Of a DNA stretch of 64,000 nucleotides, positions 16,157 to 30,838 are shown one piece after another; the first letter of the stretch is position 1; each line of letters opens with the position of its first letter. Origin of the DNA: Octopus sinensis (lineage: Eukaryota); the NCBI RefSeq assembly GCF_006345805.1, contig NW_021834286.1, positions 1 to 64,000 on the forward strand. Reading direction: 5' to 3'. The notes beneath the pieces were generated by a model, which had not been told where the DNA came from, made no database searches, and worked only from the letters and a program-made list of their open reading frames with translations. The position numbers and the translations under genes were made by a program.

Positions 16157-16239
<83 letters not shown>

Positions 16240-16244
16240 TAACA

Positions 16245-16312
<68 letters not shown>

Positions 16313-16316
16313 AATA

Positions 16317-16686
<370 letters not shown>

Positions 16687-16799
16687 AAGGAAGTGGTTGG
16701 AATCTTGCCATATCCTGATTGGTGATACATCTAGTGATGGTGTCACAATAAAAAACAATGGTAATTGCGCAACCTGATAATCTCTACCTCATATGGGTG

Positions 16800-17190
16800 A
16801 CAAGGAAAAAACACAATACTGTGAATATAAGGACCTGGTAATTGAAATACAAAAGAAGTGGCATTTTAAAGGGTGAACTGTTCCTGTTATTGTGGGTACT
16901 CTTGGTATGATAAGAAAGGGATGTCAGAAACATCTAGATAATATCCCAGGAGAACCATGTCTCAAAGAAACCCAGAATATTGTACTGACCAGTACAGCTC
17001 AAATCTTAGAAAGACCCTGTCAATTTAAATATCTGTGTTGTATTACATGAAGATATTTCGCTACCGTCACTGTCACATTCACTTCCCAAGCCTTCAGTCA
17101 TACTGTGAAATCTTTTATCCTTCACTCGCTCTAGGAGGAGGAGTGTGTCTCGGCCAGTCGTTCTAACAAGCATACAGGTTAACTGTAAAT
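16800..17190 (+). mobile_element. R4/Dong-type LINE 3' fragment, subfamily 2
   Basis: EYKDLVIEIQKKWHF..TVPVIVGTLGMIRKGCQKHLDNIPGEPCLKETQNIVLTSTAQIL; ends in (TAA)n. Confidence 0.85.
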
Positions 17191-17216
17191 AGTAATAATA
17201 ATAATAATAAAAATAC

Positions 17217-17254
<38 letters not shown>

Positions 17255-17256
<2 letters not shown>

Positions 17257-17852
17257 GTGATAAGTGCAAAATCTGTGGACAAAATGGTGGAACCGTATGG
17301 CATATTACCAGCCTATGTACGCCACTAGCCCAGAAAGAATATAAGAGACGCCACGACAATATAGCCAGGCTTGTCCATTGGACTCTTTGCAATAAGTATA
17401 GACTTTGCAGAGCAAAAAAGCGGTACGACGACAAACCTGAAGGTATCGTATGGGATTTTATGATTCAGTGCAACGATGAGACAGAGCCGGATATATTCTT
17501 AATTCAGAAAGAAAACAAGCTATGCTAGATCATAGATATAGCATGCCCAGCTGACAACAAACAAAGACAAGTCGAGAGATATGACAGGTTCGCTTGGGAA
17601 GGAAAGCAGTTGTGGTCGATGAAAAAGGCAGCAGTAGTACAAATAATTGTCGGAGCCCTGGGAACAATGAGGAAAAATCTCGAGAAGTACATGGAACAAA
17701 TAGGGGCTGTAAAAAGGGTGGAGCACTTGCAGAAAACAGCACTGCTTGGAACCGCTCGAATACTCCCGAAGGTGATCGAAAAATAAGAGGTGTTACCTTA
17801 GTTCACTGGTAGTGAACAGCTGACACTGTAATACATCTCCAGCGTTAGAAGC
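17255..17852 (+). mobile_element. R4/Dong-type LINE 3' fragment with CCHC knuckle and RLE, subfamily 3
   Basis: SDKCKICGQNGGTVWHITSLC (C-x2-C-x8-H-x4-C), KRRHDNIAR (RHD motif), WDF...PDIFL...IIDIACP; flanked by (TAA)n. Confidence 0.92.
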
Positions 17853-17865
17853 AATAAAAATAATG

Positions 17866-17927
<62 letters not shown>

Positions 17928-17934
17928 AATAATG

Positions 17935-17986
<52 letters not shown>

Positions 17987-17999
17987 CAATAATAATAAT

Positions 18000-18390
18000 A
18001 TCAGGGCTTCAAATTTTTGTACCATTGCAAGAATTTTTGTCAGAGAAGGAGTTGTTTATCAATCTCAGTTCCTGACTGGTACTCATTTTATCGACCTCGA
18101 ATAGATGAAAAGCAAAGGACACTTGCGATGATAGTAAGACACTACCGATATAATTTCTACCAGGAATAAGGACTAAAATATATGTCAAACCATCATCAAT
18201 AATAATAATAATATTCCTTTCTAATATAGGCAAAATACCTGAAATTTCGGGGGAGGGGACTAGTCGATTACATCGACCTCAGTGCTCGACTGGTACTCGG
18301 TTGAATTAGAACTCAGAATATAAAGACGGACGAAATGCCGCAAGAATCTTGCACGGAATGCTAACGATTCAGCCATCTCGCCGCCTTAAA
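18000..18390 (-). mobile_element. two SINE family C copies (18000-18130 partial; 18215-18390)
   Basis: ctggtactcattttatcgacc...gatgaaa; tagtcgattacatcgacc...gaactcagaa...gacggacgaaatgccgc...aacgattcagccatctcgccgcc. Confidence 0.8.
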
Positions 18391-18513
18391 TAATAAACAA
18401 TAATACAATTACAGCTGTGGAGCAACTGCGTAAAACGTGTTACCAGATGTTTTATAAAATGATCCCTCATTATTTACACTAAAATATCCCAACGCACAAT
18501 ATTAAACGAACGT

Positions 18514-18549
<36 letters not shown>

Positions 18550-19080
18550 GTGAACGCAGTCTCTCGCACACACGTACACAAACATACAGACGCATGCGGA
18601 CAGATGAAATAAAAATGTGCTAGAAATGAGAGAAAAATATAGACAAAAATACAGACACTACGCTCATCCGTAATGTGTGTGCCACACTACGGATAAGCTA
18701 CACTTCGTTAGTTGCCGATCAAAAAACATCATGATTTCAATACCCTCTGACAATATTTCCCAATTAAGCGATGTCAGTGACATAAAGAAGTATGACGAGA
18801 GGTTCTAAAAGGTGTACAACGACAGAAAATAATTGAGACAATGACAAAAGGAGATAAACTGATGCCTGTTGACCGAACGGTAAATACTGGTGATTTCTGA
18901 GAAGTGGGGAATATATGTATGAATGTATACATAACTTTGTGTGTGTTAATGTTTCGGTTTGTACATATATGCTTATACATACATACACATACACACACAC
19001 ATGCATATAAACACACACACATATGCGTATACGAATATATATGTATATGCGTATACATATGTATGTATGTGTATTATATA

Positions 19081-19122
<42 letters not shown>

Positions 19123-19123
19123 A

Positions 19124-19540
19124 GGCGTGGAGTGGCTGTGTGGGAAGTAGCTTGCTTACCAACCACATGCTTCCGGGTTCAGTGCCACTGCGTGGCACCT
19201 TGGACAAGTGTCTTCTACTGCAGCCTCGGGCCGACCAAAGCCTTGTGAGTGGATTTGGCAGACGGAAACTGAAAAGAAGCCCGTCGTATATATGTATATA
19301 TATATGTACGTGTGTGTATATGTTTGTGTGTCTGTGTTTGTCCCTCAACATCGCTTGACAACCGATGCTGGTGTGTTTACGTCTCCGTAACGTAGCGGTT
19401 CGGCAAAATAGATCGATAGAATAAGTACTAGGCTTACAAGTACTAGGCTTACAAGTCCTGGTGTCGATTTGCTCGACTAAAGACGGTGCTCCAGCATGGA
19501 CGCAGTCAAATGACTGAAACATGTAAAAGAGTAAAAGAGT
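19124..19540 (+). mobile_element. SINE family A, full length, inserted in (TA)n
   Basis: A-box TGGCTGTGTGG, B-box GGGTTCAGTGCC, internal microsatellite, tail (gtaaaaga)2. Confidence 0.93.
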
Positions 19541-20344
19541 ATATATATATATAGTGAGAGAGAGAGAGAGAGAGAGGGAGAGATTGAGAGAGAACGAGAG
19601 AATAGTAAATATATATATGTCTTTACTACTCTCATATATATATGTGCGCGAGCCTGTGTCTGTGTATGTATGTGTACACGCGTACATATGCATACATACT
19701 CATATGCATATACACGTGTCAGATGAAGTGTGACGGAACAGGGAATTCTTTCCAAATGTGAACAGTTTGGAAAGGCATCATTATGTATCAGTACGTTAAT
19801 AATAGCTCTGGAACTGTACTTTATGCAGTTTATGATATCATATCTCTCACTCACTCCATTGTCTGCAATGTTTTGAATTATTTAGAATGGACTTGCTCAC
19901 TACATGATAGACTTTGTAATATAGGTTGTTTTACATATATTCAAAAGAAGAAAATAACGATTATTCGTGACATTCCTTACACGTGATACGTCTCCATATT
20001 GGCTTTTGTTGCAAAAAAAAAAATTCTAAATCTTGCTGAAGATCGCTGTTGTCTAAATATTAACGAAGCACGAAAGTTATACAGGTAATGCGTGTGTTTA
20101 CGTATTATATATTTACAGACACACTCGCACACACCATCATACACTCAAGCTCACATAAACTCACACGCATACACACATACGCTCACACGTATACACACAT
20201 GCACGCATATATTGTGCGTGTGTTTTGAAAGTAAACCTTTAACCGAAAATGTTCGTCTTTTCATATTTGTATGCACTGTATCTTGAATATAAATAACTCT
20301 TTTCAAGATTCAATGAAGTATTCTCAAGTTTTAATTTGTTCTAT

Positions 20345-21667
20345 TATCAACAACCATACATTTATATGAGATTAACCTAATTTCTGATGTTATTGTCGGC
20401 TCTGGGTAATTTGTCACACATTTAAATTCTGCATCTTCAATATCTGTTCCAAACAAGAGTAAACGGTTTCGGAACAATGAAGCATATATTCTATCATTTT
20501 ATCCACTTCTCACGTGAGCCAAGGTGTATAAAACAACTGACAACTACTAGGCAACAGTTATATCAATAGAGTCAGTCGACCTTGAAAACCGCCCACCTGC
20601 CTACCATAACACTTCAAATTGGACGATTGATATAGGGGTTCGGAGAGGAACATTTTAAGCAGTAATTCGACTTGAAATAATTTGTAAATAAATCATCCTG
20701 ACTCCACGCTATTTTATTATACAACGTATAACAAATACGTATATGCACTTGGTGTCTCAGACAGATGGTGTTACTACATCCAAAGTGTCTTGGAGCTGGA
20801 ACACCAGAATAACTAGGAAAGTGCAGCCTAAATGACAAATAGTTGCGCAAGATATGTCAGTAGAAACATATCCCAGTCTCATGATCAGGATGCGGCCTGG
20901 CTACCTTAGATTATAAAGATTTAATGTGGGACAACCTTTCATTACAAAGGAGATGTTTCGCTGGATTTCTTCAGTTCTGTAGCTCTACCGAGGTATTTTA
21001 CTGCCTATCAACAACCATACATTTATATGAGATTAACCTAATTTCTGATGTTATTGTCGGCTCTGGGTAATTTGTCACACATTTAAATTCTGCATCTTCA
21101 ATATCTGTTCCAAACAAGAGTAAACGGTTTCGGAACAATGAAGCATATATTCTATCATTTTATCCACTTCTCACATGAGCCAAGGTGTATAAAACAACTG
21201 ACAACTACTAGGCAACAGTTATATCAATAGAGTCAGTCGACCTTGAAAACCGCCCACCTGCCTACCATAACACTTCAAATTGGACGATTGATATAGGGGT
21301 TCGGAGAGGAACATTTTAAGCAGTAATTCGACTTGAAATAATTTGTAAATAAATCATCCTGACTCCACGCTATTTTATTATACAACGTATAACAAATACG
21401 TATATGCACTTGGTGTCTCAGACAGATGGTGTTACTACATCCAAGTGTCTTGGAGCTGGAACACCAGAATAACTAGGAAGTGCAGCCTAAATGACAATAG
21501 TTTGCGCAAGATATGTCATTAGAAACATATCCCAGTCTCATGATCAGGATGCGGCCTGGCTACCTTAGATTATAAAGATTTAATGTGGGACAACCTTTCA
21601 TTACAAAGGAGATGTTTCGCTGGATTTCTTCAGTTCTGTAGCTCTACCGAGGTATTTTACTGCCTAT
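20345..21667 (+). repeat. direct tandem duplication, period 661 bp
   Basis: tatcaacaaccatac at 20345 and 21006; the units differ by a few 1-bp homopolymer indels and two substitutions that I could find. Confidence 0.97.
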
Positions 21668-21974
21668 TTATATGTGCGCATAACTGGAGCTGAAAGAGCG
21701 AAGCTGAATTTGCATTCAAGTTAAAACATTTCGACCAACAAATTTTCTAAGGTTGATCAAAACGAAATAGAATTTAAAACAATTATTAATTTAATTTAAT
21801 TAATCTAATCAACATCACATGTTCCAAAACTATAAGTTATGCGTCGAGATTACAAGGAAATCAAGTTATCTCAAATTGAAATCTCTCAATAATCCTTCGT
21901 ACATGTCGAATAAACTAACAAGTATGCGAATATCCACACACTAATTCTCAAGAACATACGTAAATATTCATAGG

Positions 21975-22185
21975 TTTCAAATTTTGCTACAAAGCCAGCA
22001 GTTTTGTAGCAGGCTTTAGTTCGATTAAATTACCTCCAGTGCTCAACTAGATCATATTTTATCAACATCGAATGGACGAAGGCGCAGTCAATCCCTGAAG
22101 AATTTAGTCTCAGAATTTAAAGACGGACGAAATGCCACTAAGCATTCTGCTCAGGGTGATGACGATTCTACCAGCTCACTGTATT
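21975..22185 (-). mobile_element. diverged SINE family C copy
   Basis: ccagtgctcaact...ttttatc...ctcagaatttaaagacggacgaaatgccactaagcatt...acgattctaccagctcac. Confidence 0.75.
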
Positions 22186-22649
22186 TAAACGTACGTATTT
22201 ATCGCACATAAAACTATTCGTTCGAGAAGAAATATCATTGTTTGCAGAATATAGATGTCAGTCAAAAACATTGTCATAGTGAAGCAATAGGTATCAGAAC
22301 CAGTACCAAAGAAAAGCGTGCTGCATTCTCAATAGGCTAACCTAAGTACAATCCTTAGCACTGCCATAGGTAATATCTCAAGACAAAAAGTTCTTACATC
22401 TTTTAATCGTATTAGGACTTTCAGCTAGGAATATTCTTCTATTCAGTTCCCTTGGAGAACAAATATCTAGCGTGTTCCATATCTTAAAGAATATTCCATA
22501 TATTGAAAAAAAACTTCGATTAACAGAGATAATCGATACAATTAATGCTCAAAGTACCAACTACCCAAAGTTTGTTTAAAAATTTGTTAAGAACATGCAA
22601 CGATGATATTATTAACAATATTATTAGCCGACTGATTTGTTGGGAAATA

Positions 22650-23200
22650 CAGATGTCAGGTAGGAATTGAGCTCGTCTCTAATGGCAACTGATGAAATTA
22701 ATGCCAAATAACGTAAGTATTTGGACATGTTTCTGATTCATTTGTCCGCTTCAAGGAAGTATACTCTGCTCCATTGGCAAGGCTGGAAGGGATCAGTATA
22801 TTTGAAAGGTAGATTTTAGATGAGATATAAAGTGAACACCAAAGAGAAACTTAATAAGCTTGTACTAAATACTGCAGCGAGGTTAAGTTAACTAAGAACT
22901 CAATAGGGCAGTGACTGGCAGCTAGATATTGCAAACACAACTCCCTGAAATTACAACGTTAAATGTGGATATCACATTGGATAAGGATGCGATAAGAAAA
23001 AAGATGTTCGCATGTGGAAATACTTTGATGATAGGCCTGCACAATTGCGGTTAATAATAAAAGAAGTCAACTGTAGTCAGCAAGTAGTTTATGAATGCAT
23101 TCTAAAGCGAAGAGCAAGGAAACTGTATTCTTCAACTGTATTCTTAAGAGGACAGATTGAATATAAAAAAAGAGGGGAAAGAATGCAAGTGGAGAAGAAG
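22650..23200 (+). mobile_element. decayed RTE-like LINE RT C-terminal fragment
   Basis: KYLDMF (cf. KYLG), TKEKLNKLVLNT (cf. TK.KLY..LVLS.LLYG), MWISHW (cf. MLGISW); many stops. Confidence 0.4.
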
Positions 23201-23498
23201 ACAAAAATAGTCACACATCAGTTTCTGTGGTAAGAAATAAAATAACCAGAAAAAGAGAAAAAATATGAAGTTGCTCAGCAAATAATTGATCGTGCTATAC
23301 AGCGAAGTGACCAAATATTATATGTACGCACACGAACAAATGGAGAAATACTCAAATCTGCATATACACAGGCACAAGCATATACACACTTAGAGCAGCA
23401 TATTCAGACAGTAAAGCAAGCGTATTAGCATTGTAGGTATACACGTAAGAATGTGTGCATGAATGAAGGTAGTCGTATGTCTGTATATGTTTATACGC

Positions 23499-23536
<38 letters not shown>

Positions 23537-23547
23537 GAGCTTCAGTG

Positions 23548-23640
<93 letters not shown>

Positions 23641-23657
23641 GTGAGTGTGCGTGTTTG

Positions 23658-23990
23658 TGATTGGCTTTGTGGTAAGAAACTTGCTTCCCAACCACATGGT
23701 TCCGGGTTCAGTCTCACTGCGTGGCAACTTCGGTAGGTGTCTTCTAGTATAGCCTCAGACCGACCAAAGCCTTGTGAATACATCTGGTAGATGGAAACTA
23801 AAAGAAGCTAGTCGTATATATATATATATATGTAATTGTGCGAATGTGCTTGGCCCCACACCATCGTCTGATAACCGATGTAAATACTAGGCTTACAAAA
23901 AGTAAAGCCTAGTGTCGATTTGTTTGAGTAAAGGGCGGTGCTCCAGTATGACCGCAGTCAAATTACTGAAACAGGTAAACGAATAACAGA
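23658..23990 (+). mobile_element. SINE family A with internal deletion
   Basis: tggctttgtggtaagaaacttgcttcccaaccacatggttccgggttcagtc...aaagggcggtgctccagtatgaccgcagtc. Confidence 0.88.
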
Positions 23991-23997
23991 ATATATA

Positions 23998-24051
<54 letters not shown>

Positions 24052-24149
24052 TATGATGAGGGTAGTTCGTTTGTGTACGAATATCCACGTATGTATACAC
24101 ACACACACTAACACATACACACACGTATATATATTCGTCTTTTTCTCTC

Positions 24150-24425
24150 CCTACTGGTATCCTTTTCCCAGTGCCGAAACACACTAGCTCAGAAATTAGG
24201 TCTCTGCACAAGATACATCATTGACATCTTCATCATTTGACTCCGGACAATTGTCTACTTATCTTTTTTATAGATCTTTCCAGTTTCTCTAATGCCGTTG
24301 TGTGGCCAAATACACCTTTTCCATCGGACGAATTTCGGTAACAATGGTTCTGCCTGTTATGTCTGAGCCACCGCCAGCATACGACCAGATAAACCATTTT
24401 GCTATATGTAGCACTGCCCGTTGTA
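24150..24425 (-). mobile_element. decayed RTE-like LINE 3' end
   Basis: Minus strand SYAG...WPHNGIRETGK...LVQRPNF resembles the RTE tail RYAGH...W.P.G.R.RGRP...L.QDR..W. Confidence 0.45.
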
Positions 24426-24435
24426 TTTACTTCTC

Positions 24436-24620
24436 CCTTCTTCTTCTTCTTCTTCTTCTTCTTCTTCTTCTTCTTCTTCTTCTTCTTCTTCTTCTTCTTC
24501 TTCTTCTTCTTCTTCTTCTTCTTCTTCTTCTTCTTCTTTCTTCTTCTTCTTCTTCTTCTTCTTCTTCTTCTTCTCGTCGTCGTCGTCTTCTTCTTCTTCT
24601 TCTTCTTCTTCTTCTTCTTG
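24436..24620 (+). repeat. (CTT)n polypyrimidine microsatellite with a short (CGT)4 interruption
   Basis: Read directly from the sequence. Confidence 0.98.
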
Positions 24621-25203
24621 TCGTCTATTTAAATCGTCTTTCTTTTCATCCACCCTCCTTCCATTTCTCCCACCTATCACTGAACGTATCCCCCACTCCT
24701 GCTTATACCACCCCACTGCATAATATCTTCCCCCATATACTTATCCCACAAACGCACGTTAACTTGTTTTCTTTTTTATTTCCTTTACGCACTTTAAATC
24801 TTTTCTTTTTTATTTTCTCTGAAATATTCCAAACAAGGTTTGAAGGACGCATAACGTAATAGCACACCTTTGATGCAAGTCTGCGGAAGTGCATCTTCAA
24901 TGTCTAAAACCGTAAATATTTCATGATTTTTCTTTTATAATTTTCGCGTAAAGTGGCATTGCAAATGGAGATGGTACGCAAACGTTTGTAACTTACAATT
25001 AAATGTGTGTTAAGGAATTGTCTTTGCTTTCTTTTCATTATATCCATAAATAAATAAATATATATATATATATATATATTTATTTATTTATTTTATTTAT
25101 TTTTATTTTTATCTAGTTTCAGCTCACGAGCTGTGGCCATGCTGGGGCACCGCCATTTATGCTGGGGCACATCCATTTGCTGGGGCACCGCCATACATAT
25201 ATG

Positions 25204-25274
<71 letters not shown>

Positions 25275-25584
25275 TTTTAAAATTATAAGTATATGAAAGA
25301 ATGGAGTTGAACGACTAGTTAACAAATATCCTTTATTCTCGACATATGTTTCGAAGGCTGCATATTCCTAATTCCGAAGGAATAAGGAGTACATTATGCA
25401 GATTTCTCATCAGGAAAATCAAGGAACTTATGTCGACATCAAAATGCACAAAAACTCTTTCTGATGTGAATTTGCTACCCAGGTATCGGTTATCTTTCGA
25501 ATTATCCTTAATAAGATAATTCATTCAATTACTCAAATATATATATAAATATATATATTAAGAGGGAGTGAGAGACAGTGAGAA

Positions 25585-25629
<45 letters not shown>

Positions 25630-26609
25630 TGGCTGTATACAGTATATAAGCAACAAATCACTGCTAACTGTTTTAATGCAAAAACAAAAATCACAAACCG
25701 GTGCATTCAGAAGTAGAATATATCGGACACACGTATATAGGCAAGTATTCGATCACATATACACTGACACACACAAATGCTCATACTCGTGGATATATAG
25801 GAAAACGCAGATATGTGTGTGTGTGTGTGTGTGTGTAACATGAACCCCTAAACTAAAGATTACTGCATAGGTATGGTATATAAAGACTAATAAAATTGTG
25901 TTTCATGATAGTATACGTTGTTTTATGCAAAGAAACAATAATAGTTGAACTATTCTTTGTAAAGATAGAGGATGGAGACACCACCTATTTATCGATATTA
26001 TTTCTATGGGCAATACGACAAATACAAATTAATTTACAAGTGCTCAACTCTACTTCTATCTTTCACGATCTCACATGCACACACACTCACACACACGCAC
26101 ACATATAAATATATATATATATATATACACAATTATATATATGTATACATGCATACACACATACATATATGTATATATTTATGCATTTATACATACATAT
26201 ATATAAGTGTATGGGTATAAACAACTCTACCTCTATCTCTCACTGTCTCACATACACATACCTCCACACACACAAACACATTCACGCACACATATACATA
26301 TATAAACGCAGTTATATATATATATAAAGACACACATATATATATATGCATTTATACGTACATATATATATATATATATGTATATATATATGCATGTGTG
26401 TATATATTTTATATATGTATATACATGTGTGTGTGTGTGTGTGTGTGTACACACATACATATATGTATACACACACGTATATACCGACAGACGTACACAT
26501 GGACGCGTGTGTCTAATTATATATATGCCTTACAATTCATGATAAAGTCCTTTTCTCTATTTTTTCTTTTATTATTTATTTTTTTTTTTTTGGCAGATAT
26601 ATTTGAATT

Positions 26610-27270
26610 AATTAAAATACATGACCTATCGAACTCATGGACTTCGAAAGAGGACACATTGTTAGAACGAGCATTGCTGGAATATCACTCAGCAAAACTG
26701 CAGAATTGTTTGATATTTCGATATGTACCGTCACGAAAACCATGTTGGTATTCCAAAACCAAAGCAAAATTTTTCTGACAAGAATAATTCTGGATCGAAA
26801 GCAAAAAACAAGAAAAACACAGAGAGCGATTGCAGGACGCTGAAACTTACTTTATCTGAAACCGATGAAACTACGACAGTAAAAATGACAGCAAATATAA
26901 ACCATCATCTTACTAAAAAAATCTTTCAACCAAAAACAATTCGTTTTGTGCGCCATAAAACAGGATATCATGAGACGACTGTTATGCTAAGCCTACCTCA
27001 TTAATAGTTATAAATGGACAAAATGTATTTAGACTGTTGGAGGAGGTCAATGACGCAATTCGATGATGTAGTTTTCTCTCATTATTCGAGGAGTTTGTCT
27101 AGAAACAGCCCTATGAACACTTCATCCGTATTTTAGTTCTTAACCATGAACCATGTAGGATGATTTGTGATGATCTGGTCCTTCGATTGTCTGTCTGGCA
27201 GATTTAATGCCAAACATTGTCTGAAGATTTTAGTTCATATTTATCGTATGATACAAATATTTTTTCTCTG
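26610..27270 (+). mobile_element. Tc1-like transposase pseudogene
   Basis: DFERGHIVRTSIAGISLSKTAELFDISICTVTK...SGSKAK...DCRTLK...TTVKMTANIN...KTIRFVRHKTGYH matches the Tc1 paired-like HTH region; frameshifted. Confidence 0.85.
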
Positions 27271-27879
27271 GTAATTGTCTTGGCTTTAAAACAGAAGTAA
27301 TGGAATAAAAGGGTAGTTTGCTATTGCATATACAAACTTAGATAAACGATGATATATTTCCATTAGTTTTATCCCTGGCCATATCTATTTTAATTGTTCA
27401 ATCTCTAAATTATTATAACTAATAGAGTGTAGTACTATGCCGAGGCTTATCCAAATACAGGTGGTTCGTTTGGAATTACTCGCAGGAACTTGTCAAAAAA
27501 ACAGTATGATGTTAACGGGACTAGGTTTTTTAATTGATTTATTTCGGAATAATATTACATAACCCAGTGCGAGGTGAGGTAACAGAGTTTCATAACAAAA
27601 TCAAAATTACTTATACCACTTTATGTGATACGAGAATTTGAGGTGTAGAAAGTATTTGATGTGCTATTGGCAATCATTTGGTTAGCATATGTGAGCGCTC
27701 TCAGCTGTGATGTAGGATCACGAGAGTCCTTGTTTTAGGTGCTCCAACTAAAAACGGCCTGGCATTTATTCATTGAAATATACATATGTATTACTAGAGG
27801 TACGTTTATACAGACATACATACATACATATATACATACACACACATACACACACACACACACACACACATATATAGAT

Positions 27880-28020
27880 ATATAATTGACAGATTGAGAT
27901 TAAAAAATCCAAGGCTGTGAATAGTTTTCAGAAAATTTATAAAGAGACAGTCTTGCAGCTGTTTCCGAGATATTTTATAAATCCCTTCATCAGAGACAGT
28001 GCGAGAAAAGGATTAAGTAA
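27880..28020 (-). mobile_element. Penelope-like pLTR fragment with hammerhead motif (27950-27997)
   Basis: Minus strand gtct-CTGATGA-A-GGGAT...ATCTC-g-GAAA-CAGCTG-CA-agac: perfect 4-bp stem I, palindromic CAGCTG stem III, U16.1 mutated to C. Confidence 0.7.
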
Positions 28021-28386
28021 TAATTATTGTAGAGATAGTATGAAATACAGATGGAAGTGAAGGAATGAAAATATAATTAAGATACGTAATGATACACACA
28101 CACAAACACACACATATATATATATATATATATATGTGTGTGTATATACATATGTGTATATATATATGTATATATATATAAGCGCATGTGACAGGGTACG
28201 GGAACTTGCATCAATTCTGATATGTGCCTGCATCCTCATATCATATATTGAAAATGGCTGCTTTAAAATACTCATACGGGTACACGAACAGTTGCACATA
28301 TACATGTGGGTGCTTGGAAGGAATTATCGAGAGCATGTATACATACATACATACATACGTACATATATGTATAGTATATATATGTG

Positions 28387-28463
<77 letters not shown>

Positions 28464-28474
28464 AGAGATAAATT

Positions 28475-28518
<44 letters not shown>

Positions 28519-28579
28519 GATATGTGTTTCTGTGAGTATGCGTGTGTATTTGGAGGGGTATATATATATATATATATAT

Positions 28580-28851
28580 GGAGGCGCAATGGCCCAGTGG
28601 TTAGGGCAGCGGACTCGCGGTCGGAGGATCGCGGTTTCGATTCCCAGACCGGCCGTTGTGTGTGTTTATTGAGCGAAAACACCTAAAAGTTCCACGATGC
28701 TCCGGCAGGGGATGGTGATCCCTGCTGTACTCTTTCACCACTCTTTTTCCCATTCTTTCTTCTGTTGGCGTCGTTCGAGGGCTAAAACAATGCGAACGCA
28801 TTGTGACCAGCGATGTGTAGCAACATCTGATGGTCTGGTCTGTCACGTCAT

Positions 28852-28858
<7 letters not shown>
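28580..28858 (+). mobile_element. tRNA-derived SINE family B, full length, in (TA)n
   Basis: GGAGGCGCAA-TGGCCCAGTGG (A box)...GGTTTCGATTCC (B box); second copy at 43251-43557. Confidence 0.92.
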
Positions 28859-28901
<43 letters not shown>

Positions 28902-29237
28902 CATAATTAAATCTCAGAATGAGATTGAAACAGTAATCGAAACACGGAAACACACACATACACACTAAGCAAACACATATATCTTATACATATACACAGG
29001 AATATTGATGAAGGTTGATGAGGATGATGATAATGAAGATACTCATGAACCTAATGATGAAGATTATGAAAATGGTGATATTGATGATAATCTGCCGTCT
29101 ATTCATCGTCGTAGGCATGTCCACCTCATTTACCTGAGTAACCGGGCGGGGGAGGGTAGAGCTTGGTGCGAAAATCAGATCTGACGGGTAAATACTAAGG
29201 GATTAACAGTTAATATAAGATGTGCAAATATGTATAT

Positions 29238-29273
<36 letters not shown>

Positions 29274-29410
29274 TAACAGCTTTCTGTCCATGTCGCACAG
29301 GATATGTGTGAGTACTTCTGATGTTGTGTAAATTATGTATATATAAAAACACAAAAATGAGTGTGTGTATATATGTATATATATGTCTACATATATATGT
29401 ATATATATAC

Positions 29411-29441
<31 letters not shown>

Positions 29442-29511
29442 CATATATATATGTAGTATATATATTGTATACATATAATATATATATACTATATATATAT
29501 ATGTAATATAT

Positions 29512-29565
<54 letters not shown>

Positions 29566-29570
29566 TATGT

Positions 29571-29631
<61 letters not shown>

Positions 29632-30287
29632 ATAGGAAATGTGTAATTGAATATATATATATATATATATCCATATATGTGTGTGAGTGTTCAGTGGAAA
29701 TTTTATAATTATATACAATCTAACTTTACCTCAGAGTTACATTATAAATTTAACATTATAAATATCGTAAGAATGTTTTTCTTTAATGGCATATTACAAA
29801 AAAAATTCAAATACATATGGGTGTGTATGAATGGCAAAAGCCTGAGTATGTGTGTCTGTGTGTGCATGTATGTATGTATTCATATACATGTGTTCTAAAC
29901 CTGTATACATGTACATGACATGCCTGTATATAATGGGTATAGATGTGTCTAAATACATGTATATATATACACGGAAACTCTCGCATACTCACACACACAC
30001 GTGTAAACATACAAAGGTATATATCTATACACAGACATCGATGTATATGCATTTATATAATGGGTATATAATGGAAGTGAAATACAAAGAAAAAATGAAT
30101 ATTCATGCATAATTGTACCCAAAACATACATACCCAGAGATTTACATATAGGAAAATCATTAAACACATACATGTACACACACACACACATACGCATACA
30201 TACACACACACACATGTGAATGACTGAATACAGTTATGTACATCTAGGAATGTGTATATATATATGTGTATGTGTTTATGGCATGAA

Positions 30288-30338
<51 letters not shown>

Positions 30339-30351
30339 TAAATCAATATAC

Positions 30352-30410
<59 letters not shown>

Positions 30411-30543
30411 TTATGTATGTATATATATATATATATATATATAATGTATATGTATGCATGTATGTATTCATACATACATCTTTCTATATATGAATACAAA
30501 TGCATCAATATAAATATATATATATATATAATATATATATATT

Positions 30544-30587
<44 letters not shown>

Positions 30588-30785
30588 CCGTGAACGTATC
30601 TTTTTACCTACACACACAAAAATTAACGCACACACATATAATATATATCTTTTTCTATGAAAATGCATTCATCAATATCCGGACATAAGTAGAAACGGCT
30701 TATATATTCCTGATCACGTCGTATTGTGCATTTGTACGCATATGATTACACGATGCATATCACGTCATATGCATACATATTTGTG

Positions 30786-30838
<53 letters not shown>

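Noticed and set aside
24302-24435. ORF with PPxY-like motif SEPPPAYDQI
   Set aside because: Has an in-frame stop just upstream, runs into (CTT)n, and is better explained as the antisense of an RTE 3' end
28580-28655. Possible tRNA gene
   Set aside because: No proper acceptor stem, and it continues into a body repeated at 43251; it is a SINE head
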